Shown here: in pieces, positions 55,024-62,879 of the stretch | Numbering within the stretch: the stretch's first letter is position 1 | Layout of the letters: each line of letters opens with the position of its first letter | Source: Lachnospiraceae bacterium | GTDB lineage: Bacteria; Bacillota; Clostridia; Lachnospirales; Lachnospiraceae | Length of the DNA: 64,000 bases | Reading direction: 5' to 3' | NCBI GenBank assembly: GCA_045597165.1 | Contig: JAZODS010000020.1 | Location: 37,281-101,280, forward strand | Notes under the pieces: model-generated | Told to the model about the DNA's origin: nothing | The model's input: only the letters and a program-made list of their open reading frames with translations | The model's database searches: none | Made by a program: the position numbers and the translations under genes

Positions 55024-57492
55024 ATGATGATTAAGAAGCAAGAAAAAAAGCTTGATGTTTTTTCTACAGAGTTTTGTTCGAATACCGGAATTTCGCTTGA
55101 GGATATTCGAATTTCCTACGTGTCGCGTAGGGATCGCTTTGTGGCTTGTTTGTTGCGCGCATTTATCATATTTATTTGTACATTCGGAGCGACCGGACTG
55201 TTTATTACCAGTTTGGAATTGCCTTGTTACACCTTTGTGTTGGCAGCATTTTGTTTGTTGATATCGTTACTGATTTCTTTGTTGTACTATAATAAGATCG
55301 TGTTCAACGTCGGTTATATTGCATTTTTCTTTCTCTTTTGTTTTGTTGCAATCTTTTTGATTCAATATGCGAACAGTGGCTTCAATGCAATTTTGAACAT
55401 CACGATGGAGCATGTTGATGAGATGCTCAATCTGGATGGCGTACGTCAGTATAGAGAGGATATCTCCAATAGACAGCTTTCAATTACGGCTTGTTTGGCG
55501 TTGATCAATGGATTGGGTATCTGCTTTTTGAATTCCTCCATTTCCGGATATCGTAGTCCGGCTTTGGTGTTTCTTCAGTTGGTGCCGATTGTTCAGATAT
55601 GCATGTATTTCGATTCTTCTATGAATTACTTTTATCTGTCTATGATCATTATTGGTTTCATACTGGTTTTATTGCTCCAACGAAGCAGACGCTTTAACAT
55701 TACATTTGAAACACGCACCTGTAATATACGAATTAAGAAGCATCATATTCGTTATGGCTCACTAGGTGGTATTCATGGCATTTGGAGTTCGATTAGGGCA
55801 GGAGCGCTGCTTTCTGTAGTTGTGTTTGTTATAGCAGGTTCGTTGGTCTTTGTCACTCCATACGTTTTCAAAAGCAATTATAGTTCATGGAAGAGCTCAA
55901 CCGACAAATATGTCGAGGAGTTTGCTTTGAACGGCATCTTTTCGTATTTCAATCAATACTCGGCAACCGGCGGTATTAATGGCGGCCAATTAGGTGGTGT
56001 GCGAGAAGTTACGATGGATTTTGAGACTGATTTGATTGTCACGTTTGTACCGTATTCTTTGGATACCTTGTATCTTCGAGGATATATCGGCGAGGTGTAC
56101 AGCAATAACTCGTGGAAGCAACTACAGACTATTCATAATCAATTATTATCGTTGCCATATCGGTTTAACGATTTTGAGGAGCTGGTAAATAAAGAGTCAA
56201 ATTCGTTAAAGACGTTGTTTGACTATGGAGTAGATGACTCGGCAAAAGCTACTATGCAGATAATCAATGTCGGCGCGAATGAAGAATATTCATATTTTCC
56301 GTATTACTCAAACGTATCGAATACGCTGTATGGCTATAAAAATGAAAAAGATTATATCGGCGACATTGTCATGAAAGGCTTTTTGCGGGATCGTGTGTAT
56401 TCCTTTGAATATTATCCGATGTTTTCTGACCCGACATGGTTTAACGCATTGTGGGACGAGAAAAGCTATCGAAATTATGTTTATGATAAGTATCTTGATA
56501 TCCCTGACAATATCGCCGGACTTTTGAACGATGTCTGTGACGAACATATCAATTCTACGGATGTTGAATCTGTGATCACTGAGATTCAGACGTACTTTGA
56601 AGAGAATTTTACGTATTCGCTGAGTCCCGGCGTCACGCCGAATCATCGCGACTTTGTTGAATACTTTATCAACCGTCAACATAAGGGCTATTGTGCTCAT
56701 TTTGCAACAACAGGTGCGATGCTATTAAGAGCAAAAGGAATTCCCGCCCGCTATGTTGAAGGCTATGCTGTGAATCTAATGACATTAGATGACGCGGATA
56801 TCATTGAAGCAGATGTAGAGGATTGGTATCAGGGGTATAATGAGCTTGCCTTCACGGAAGAAGGCGAACTTGCCGTGCTGCGTGCTAATGTTTCGGACAG
56901 CAGCGCGCATGCATGGGTAGAGGTATACATCGATGGTTTCGGATGGTATCCGGTTGAGTTTACGGTTGCGGATCAAGAGATTGTAGAAGAGAATGAGGGT
57001 GGCTTTTGGGACCGATTCAGCCAAATTCTCGACGATACAATGGACGGCGACAATCCTCTCGGCAACATTACGGCGGGCATTCAAAAGTCCGTACCTACTA
57101 TCGTCATCACGGTAATTATTTTGCTTGTTGCAGTTCTTTGCGTTCTGGTATCCGGTGTACTGTTACGAAAGTGGAAGCTCTATCGTCAGAAATCGAATGA
57201 CAGACTTGTGGCACAGTATCAAAATCTCACCGGAATCCTCAGAAAGCATCGTTTAGTGAAGAAGCGTAACATTTATCATCATGAGATGATTTTGTTCTGT
57301 ATGGAAAGCCTGGGGCTTCCTGAGATGGATGTTAAGTATTATATCCAGTTGGTAGAAGAGGCGAGTTACAGCCAAGAGGCTCTGACCAATGAGCAGCTAG
57401 AACATGCAAATTGTATTTATCGCAGTGTGATTGTTTCGTGTTCCGAGATGTTATCTAAGCCGGTCGGCTTATGGTTGAGATGGATGCATTGA
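55024..57492 (+). CDS. Polytopic membrane protein with transglutaminase-like cysteine protease domain (TgpA/YebA-like)
   Basis: 822 aa, about 6 N-terminal TMs. Core HKGYCAHFATTGAMLLRAKGIPARYVEGY ... AHAWVEVYIDGFGWYPVE (Cys-His-Asp type). One C-terminal TM. Confidence 0.88.
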   Translation: MMIKKQEKKLDVFSTEFCSNTGISLEDIRISYVSRRDRFVACLLRAFIIFICTFGATGLFITSLELPCYTFVLAAFCLLISLLISLLYYNKIVFNVGYIAFFFLFCFVAIFLIQYANSGFNAILNITMEHVDEMLNLDGVRQYREDISNRQLSITACLALINGLGICFLNSSISGYRSPALVFLQLVPIVQICMYFDSSMNYFYLSMIIIGFILVLLLQRSRRFNITFETRTCNIRIKKHHIRYGSLGGIHGIWSSIRAGALLSVVVFVIAGSLVFVTPYVFKSNYSSWKSSTDKYVEEFALNGIFSYFNQYSATGGINGGQLGGVREVTMDFETDLIVTFVPYSLDTLYLRGYIGEVYSNNSWKQLQTIHNQLLSLPYRFNDFEELVNKESNSLKTLFDYGVDDSAKATMQIINVGANEEYSYFPYYSNVSNTLYGYKNEKDYIGDIVMKGFLRDRVYSFEYYPMFSDPTWFNALWDEKSYRNYVYDKYLDIPDNIAGLLNDVCDEHINSTDVESVITEIQTYFEENFTYSLSPGVTPNHRDFVEYFINRQHKGYCAHFATTGAMLLRAKGIPARYVEGYAVNLMTLDDADIIEADVEDWYQGYNELAFTEEGELAVLRANVSDSSAHAWVEVYIDGFGWYPVEFTVADQEIVEENEGGFWDRFSQILDDTMDGDNPLGNITAGIQKSVPTIVITVIILLVAVLCVLVSGVLLRKWKLYRQKSNDRLVAQYQNLTGILRKHRLVKKRNIYHHEMILFCMESLGLPEMDVKYYIQLVEEASYSQEALTNEQLEHANCIYRSVIVSCSEMLSKPVGLWLRWMH

Positions 57493-57556
57493 TCATGCTT
57501 GTCTCGTCAAGTTGTAATTGGCATTAAGTATAGATAACGAAATCAACGATAAAATA

Positions 57557-57608
57557 AAACCATTGGAATCATTCCTGTTCGGAAGTGGATTTCAATGGTT
57601 TTATATTT
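57557..57608. terminator. Bidirectional terminator between the transglutaminase gene and the integrase gene
   Basis: aaaccattggaatc ... gatttcaatggttt followed by tatatttt. Confidence 0.6.
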
Positions 57609-57627
57609 TGAATGTAATCTTTGTGGC

Positions 57628-58683
57628 TTAATCCTTGCGTAAATGCACCTTATCCTTAGCGTAGCGACGTCTTTCTTCCTCGATGGCTGCATAATGCCTT
57701 CTGGTCGTATTAACGTCCTTGTGGCCCAATACGTCAGCAACCAGATAGATATCACCGGTTTCTTGATATAGTGAGGTGCCGTAGGTACTTCGTAATTTGT
57801 GCGGTGTAATCTTTTTGAGTGAAACCGAGGCGGTCGCATACTTCTTAACTAGGTTTTCGGTGGCTCTTACCGTGATTCTTCTCATTTGCGATGACAAAAA
57901 CAATGCCTGCTGATGGCCATCCTTGGGAGTGAGAGAGGAGCGGTACTGCAAATAATCCTGTAGGGCGGTACGTACTTCATCTCCAAAGTATACATATGCT
58001 TCAGAACCACCTTTTCGTGTTACTTTGATTCTGTCGTTGTTGAAATCGACATCTTGAATGTCTAGGCCGACGCATTCCGAAACTCGAATGCCGGTTCCAA
58101 GCATCAAGGTAATCATTGCCAGGTCCCTTAATCTGGTTTTCTTATGGAAAGCCTCTTGTCTGGAAGTTCCTTCAAAACCATATTCGACGCAATCCAACAG
58201 ATCGGCGGTTTCATTTGCATCCAGACGGACGATGGCCTTTTCGTGCAGCTTCGGTAACGATACTTGGATTGCTGGATTCGCGGTTACGGCATGATTCTTG
58301 TACATATAGTTGTAAAATGATCTTAGTGAAGAAATCTTGCGTTTGATTCCGCGTTCGTTGTTGGTAATCACTTGACCGTCTTTGTTGTATATCTTTAAAT
58401 GCTCGAGATATTCCTCAATATCATATGAAGTCAGATTAGACAATATATCAAGTGTAACGTCTGATGTAGACTTGCCGGCCAATAAAGGATTCGTATTGAC
58501 GAGATATTCGAAGAAAACTTTTAAATCAATTGCGTAAGCGATTCTTGTTCGAGGTGCGGTAATGTGTTCGATGCCTCGAAAAAAGTTATCACAGAACGAA
58601 GGCAGTTCCTTGCGAAGCTCACGAAGACGCAATTCGTTGTTAATTGTTTGTTGTTGTTGATAGGTTAGCTTGCTTGGATCCAA
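57628..58683 (-). CDS. Tyrosine-type site-specific recombinase (phage integrase / XerC-XerD family)
   Basis: 351 aa, TTG start after ggagg. SAM-like N-terminal domain (RIAYAIDLKVFFEYL). Catalytic region ...TGIRVSE..., HKLRSTYGT, LGHKDVNTTRRHY. Confidence 0.9.
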   Translation of the reverse strand: MDPSKLTYQQQQTINNELRLRELRKELPSFCDNFFRGIEHITAPRTRIAYAIDLKVFFEYLVNTNPLLAGKSTSDVTLDILSNLTSYDIEEYLEHLKIYNKDGQVITNNERGIKRKISSLRSFYNYMYKNHAVTANPAIQVSLPKLHEKAIVRLDANETADLLDCVEYGFEGTSRQEAFHKKTRLRDLAMITLMLGTGIRVSECVGLDIQDVDFNNDRIKVTRKGGSEAYVYFGDEVRTALQDYLQYRSSLTPKDGHQQALFLSSQMRRITVRATENLVKKYATASVSLKKITPHKLRSTYGTSLYQETGDIYLVADVLGHKDVNTTRRHYAAIEEERRRYAKDKVHLRKD

Positions 58684-58933
58684 AACAACACCTCCAAATA
58701 ATACAGTAGATTATAACACAGTAGATTCGAATACGACGATTCGATGTGTAATAAGGGATTTTGCCTTCCTAAAAGGAATTATAGCATATTTTCCGCTGAA
58801 AATCAATATATTTCTTCGTTAAACTTGCGTTTAGCGAAGAAATAGGTATAGGACTTTTCACTTCTATCGAATCCGATTTATCGTATGTTTGATTGCAACA
58901 AAGCGGTTCATGTACGTGCAATTTGTTATCCGG

Positions 58934-58972
58934 AGAAACAAATTGCAGACAACCACGAAGGATTGTCTGCAA
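58934..58972 (-). terminator. Intrinsic terminator after the blaI-like gene
   Basis: Minus strand ttgcagacaa-loop-ttgtctgcaa followed by tttgttt. Confidence 0.6.
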
Positions 58973-58988
58973 GTATGTAGCGAATGAA

Positions 58989-59363
58989 TTAAAGTAATCT
59001 TCTATATTGTGCGTCGAGAATCTTACGGAGCTCGCGAATCTCATCGGGTCCGAGTGTTGCCTCGGCAAGATATTCTCTAAAGAAATTGGACATCTCTCCG
59101 TCGAACAATTTTACCAATAGAGCGTTCATCTCAATCTTTTGAACCTCAGCCTTTGTAATTGCAGCCTTGCATACGAAACCGGGTTCTTCGCGGGTAATCG
59201 CACCTTTATCGATCAATCTCTTGATTACGGTGTAGGTGGTGTTCTTTTCCCACTTGATATATTCCTTGATAATCTTAGCGATATCCTTAGCGGAAAGACT
59301 CTGGTTTGACCAGAGCAGCTCCATAACATTCAATTCACCTTCATGCAATCTAATGTCGCCCAT
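58989..59363 (-). CDS. BlaI/MecI/CopY-family winged-helix transcriptional repressor
   Basis: LHEGELNVMELLWSNQSLSAKDIAKIIKEYIKWEKNTTYTVIKRLIDKGAITRE. Confidence 0.88.
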   Translation of the reverse strand: MGDIRLHEGELNVMELLWSNQSLSAKDIAKIIKEYIKWEKNTTYTVIKRLIDKGAITREEPGFVCKAAITKAEVQKIEMNALLVKLFDGEMSNFFREYLAEATLGPDEIRELRKILDAQYRRLL

Positions 59364-59462
59364 CACAAAAACCTTATCCTTGTCAGTGAAATAATCTTAT
59401 TCTACGCACATGTACACCTATAATCACACTAGTCTAACGCTGTAGTACGTGTCGCATGTTTT

Positions 59463-59491
59463 ATTCTACTATGCTAGAACTTGCTTGTCAA
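59463..59491 (-). promoter_or_regulatory. Strong sigma-A promoter for the blaI-like gene
   Basis: Minus strand TTGACA-17 nt-TAGAAT. Confidence 0.6.
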
Positions 59492-59505
59492 CGAGAATTT
59501 GTAGA

Positions 59506-60804
59506 TTATAACATGCTATTTTTCAAAAATAGTGTAGACTCCAGAGCGAAATACTGTATGTTGTGGTTGACATCGTAGCCCTTCACATTATCAACCGTCA
59601 GAAGCAAAATGGTACTCTCCTCTTTCAGTCCTCGAATGGTTGACAACAATCTGGAGCGACTTGCGGGTTCACCGCAAAGAAGCCACATGGCATTTCCGTC
59701 TTGATAGTACGGCGCATAATAACTCCTGGAATGCTTCCAAGAGGTAATGGGCAACGCCTGTCTATAGAGTACTGTGTATACGTAGTTCTGATAAAATGCA
59801 TTCGGAAATGCCTCACTCTCTCGGTCGAGCGAATAAAACAGATCGTAGTCGTTGCACAGATATCTCATAAGACCACAATCCGATACCTCGAAGCGGCTCA
59901 AATTATACTCGTTATCGTATACCGGGATGAGCAGACCATTTGCAAAAAGGTAAGACAATTCATCGTTGTAGTCATTGATGGAGGTACCTTTGCGGATATA
60001 TGCCGGATGAAACGGCTGCGAAACCTGATACGCATTTTGTGCAATGTATTGCATGATTTGTTCGAGCTTAAGTGCGCTCAGATGCTCAGGCAAATGCTTT
60101 ACATAGCGATACCAAATCGTCGAATAGATTCTGTCGTGTACACTACGAAGCGACGAAATATCCGTGGGATTGGCAATATACTGATTGATTGCTTCCGGAT
60201 AACCGCCTACTAAGAGGTAATCGTGAAATAGTTCATTTAATTCGCTCTGTATCAGCTCGGGAATGCGCTCAGAACGCTCTACGTGGCCGTTTATAACGGT
60301 GTGGTACCATTCCTGCCCTATTGCGTCAAGAAACTCGCAAAATGACAAGGGACGCACCGGTACAACGCAGAACGGAGGAAATGCAGTCATGGGCATCGGA
60401 ATTTCGGCAAGGTAATCCGCACGCGATGTGGCTGCGATAAAATTTTGCGGTAATTCGTACTGAAACAATACAGTAACAGCATCAAGAAGCTTTTCGATAC
60501 CATCAAAAATCACAAGTGTATTTGACAAGGCTTCTTCAGTGAGCTGAAAGTATTCGCACAGAAAGCTTACAAAGGGGCTGCTCTGCGAATAGTCTACTTC
60601 GATCGATGTCTTTGTGAAGTCAGACAAGGCATTGAAAAACTCGCGGTCCGTTGCCAAATCACACATGATATAGCTTCCGTTGTATTGATTTGCGATGTCT
60701 TGAAGAAGAGACGTCTTTCCGACGCCGGGCGTGCCATGCAAAATGACGCGCTGTCTGTTCTCGCGGATTATGTTTAGTATCTCATTCGTTAATGTTCGTT
60801 TCAT
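59506..60804 (-). CDS. AAA-type ATP-binding protein of the DUF4143 / COG1373 kind
   Basis: Walker A VILHGTPGVGKTSLL, 432 aa, RBS gggag. The family assignment is from overall pattern recall and was not searched. Confidence 0.75.
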   Translation of the reverse strand: MKRTLTNEILNIIRENRQRVILHGTPGVGKTSLLQDIANQYNGSYIMCDLATDREFFNALSDFTKTSIEVDYSQSSPFVSFLCEYFQLTEEALSNTLVIFDGIEKLLDAVTVLFQYELPQNFIAATSRADYLAEIPMPMTAFPPFCVVPVRPLSFCEFLDAIGQEWYHTVINGHVERSERIPELIQSELNELFHDYLLVGGYPEAINQYIANPTDISSLRSVHDRIYSTIWYRYVKHLPEHLSALKLEQIMQYIAQNAYQVSQPFHPAYIRKGTSINDYNDELSYLFANGLLIPVYDNEYNLSRFEVSDCGLMRYLCNDYDLFYSLDRESEAFPNAFYQNYVYTVLYRQALPITSWKHSRSYYAPYYQDGNAMWLLCGEPASRSRLLSTIRGLKEESTILLLTVDNVKGYDVNHNIQYFALESTLFLKNSML

Positions 60805-60847
60805 AGTTGACTCCCGATTTCTTAAAGTATATAGAGTGACTGCAACA

Positions 60848-61759
60848 TTACAGTCTCAGCTTACGCAAAAGCTCCTCAAAATAATGCGGCAACGGTGCGT
60901 TGAATTCAACGTATTCACTTGTCTTAGGATGCACAAAGCCGAGGATGCCGGCATGCAGCACTTGACCGTCTGTTTGATAAGGCTGCTTAGCACTTCCATA
61001 GACGGCATCACCGAGCAAAGGATGATGAATGCTCGCCATATGAACACGAATCTGGTGTGTACGCCCCGTTTCCAGCTGACATTCGATAAAGGTGTAATTG
61101 CCTTTGAGATATTCAAGCACGCGATAGTGCGTTACCGCTCTTCTGCCGTCCTTCATAATCGCCATCTTTTTTCGGTCTATCGGATGTCTTGCGATAGGGG
61201 CATCAACGGTACCGTCCTCTTTGATAATGCCTTGTACGATGGCATAATATTTTCTTGTAATGGAATGCTCGGCCAACTGCTTGGAAAGCGACAAATGGGC
61301 CACATTGTTCTTACATATTACAAGCACACCGGTTGTATCGCGGTCGATTCGATGTACGATTCCGGGACGCAGCGTTCCGTTGATGTTGGAAAGCTCACCG
61401 CTATGATGCAGCAGTGCATTTACCAGTGTGCCGGAATAATGGCCGGGTGCGGGGTGGACAACCATTCCTTTCGGTTTGTTGATCAATATCACGTCGGAGT
61501 CCTCGTAGACGATGTCCAGAGGAATGTCTTCTGGTACGATATCCACAGACACGGGTTCCGGAATCTGAATGCATAGTGTCTGACCGGTACTGAGCTTGTA
61601 GCTATTCTGTGTAATGGGCTTGCCGTCAATCAGTACATTTTCCTGAGAAATGAGCTTCTGGGCGTAGCTTCTGGTAATGTCCGTGGCAAGCATCGGAATG
61701 ATTCGGTCCAGGCGCATTTGATTCAGTTCACTGTCGATTAAGAAGGTTTGCTCAAGCAT
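60848..61759 (-). CDS. rluD: 23S rRNA pseudouridine synthase, RluA family (RluD)
   Basis: S4 domain N-terminus (RLDRIIPMLATDITRSYAQKLI), HRIDRDTTGVLV, TGRTHQIRVH. Confidence 0.93.
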   Translation of the reverse strand: MLEQTFLIDSELNQMRLDRIIPMLATDITRSYAQKLISQENVLIDGKPITQNSYKLSTGQTLCIQIPEPVSVDIVPEDIPLDIVYEDSDVILINKPKGMVVHPAPGHYSGTLVNALLHHSGELSNINGTLRPGIVHRIDRDTTGVLVICKNNVAHLSLSKQLAEHSITRKYYAIVQGIIKEDGTVDAPIARHPIDRKKMAIMKDGRRAVTHYRVLEYLKGNYTFIECQLETGRTHQIRVHMASIHHPLLGDAVYGSAKQPYQTDGQVLHAGILGFVHPKTSEYVEFNAPLPHYFEELLRKLRL

Positions 61760-61815
61760 ATTACTCTCCTATTGTACAAAAAGATAATCCAGAAGCTCTG
61801 AATTATCTTTCGGTG

Positions 61816-62355
61816 TCAATGATTCTTTTTCTTTGGAACCGCCGCTTCTTTCTCCGAAAAGAAAGGGAGAAACGATAACTCTTCTTCCTTGTACACGAAA
61901 CACAAAAGTATAACCAATACAAATGCGGGTACCGTAACAAAGATATCAGCAATATTAAACACGGGGAAATCGATAAAATCGAATCGAATGAAGTCCGTAA
62001 CAAAGTTAAATGCGACTCTGTCGATCAAGTTACCGATTGCTCCGCTGAGAATAAACAAAAAGGTGATATACAGCGGAAGAAAACGCTTCGTATCCGGTAT
62101 ACGTATCAGCAAATAAATCACTCCGATAATGATGAATACGGATACGATTGCAAGAATATTGTACTTGCCCTGGAATAAGCCCCATACGGCCCCTCGATTC
62201 TCGACGTAGGTGAAAGAAAGCAGCTTCTTTACAACTACGACTGCGGGTGCATCGGCCAAATGAGTGCGTGCCAAGTATTTCGAAACCTGATCCAAAGCAA
62301 CAAGCAGAACCGGTAAAAGTGCGAAGTACAATTTGTATTTATGATTTTTTATCAT
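61816..62355 (-). CDS. lspA: Lipoprotein signal peptidase II
   Basis: NRGAVWG, GAIGNLIDR, FNIADI motifs, 4 TM. Confidence 0.93.
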   Translation of the reverse strand: MIKNHKYKLYFALLPVLLVALDQVSKYLARTHLADAPAVVVVKKLLSFTYVENRGAVWGLFQGKYNILAIVSVFIIIGVIYLLIRIPDTKRFLPLYITFLFILSGAIGNLIDRVAFNFVTDFIRFDFIDFPVFNIADIFVTVPAFVLVILLCFVYKEEELSFLPFFSEKEAAVPKKKNH

Positions 62356-62854
62356 TACTACTTACTTTTTGAAGATATTCCGTATATGCTTCAAATTCCT
62401 TTACATTGATTTGGAATGGCTGACTGGACAACAAGTCAGTCTGAGATTTGATCAAAGCAACAAACTGTGCCTTGTAGGTCTCATACTGCTTCATCAATCG
62501 CATAGTCTGCTCGTGCAAACGATACAAATCATTCGCAGCGTCTGCAAGAATGAGCTGTGCTTGCGCACGCGCTTCTTTTTCGATGGACTGAGCATTCTTA
62601 TCAGCGGTAAGCTTAGTCTCCTCTGCGGCCTTCTCAGCAAGCACAAGCGCCTTGTGAAGAGACTTTTCCATAGTGGAATAATATTGGACACGATCGGTCA
62701 ATGTGCCAATCTTATCGGTAAGCTCCATGTTCTGACGATAAAGTAATTCGTAATCCTTCTGTATCTGAGCGAGAAACTTATTCACCTGCGATTTGCTGTA
62801 GCCGCCAGGTGCAGAACGAAATGTGGTATTTTGAATCTCAATAGGTGTAAGCAT
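62339..62854 (-). CDS. divIVA: DivIVA-domain cell-division protein
   Basis: MLTPIEIQNTTFRSAPGGYSKSQVNKFL plus coiled coil. Confidence 0.9.
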   Translation of the reverse strand: MLTPIEIQNTTFRSAPGGYSKSQVNKFLAQIQKDYELLYRQNMELTDKIGTLTDRVQYYSTMEKSLHKALVLAEKAAEETKLTADKNAQSIEKEARAQAQLILADAANDLYRLHEQTMRLMKQYETYKAQFVALIKSQTDLLSSQPFQINVKEFEAYTEYLQKVSSNDKKS

Positions 62855-62879
62855 GGCATAGCCTCCGTCTTAAACAGTC

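Noticed and set aside
57493-60847. Prophage, ICE or transposon around the tyrosine recombinase.
   Set aside because: There are no phage structural, replication, conjugation or transposase genes, and no adjacent tRNA. The only flanking repeat is a 13-mer of marginal significance. At most this is a degraded remnant. I also saw no B. subtilis-like dif sequence by eye.
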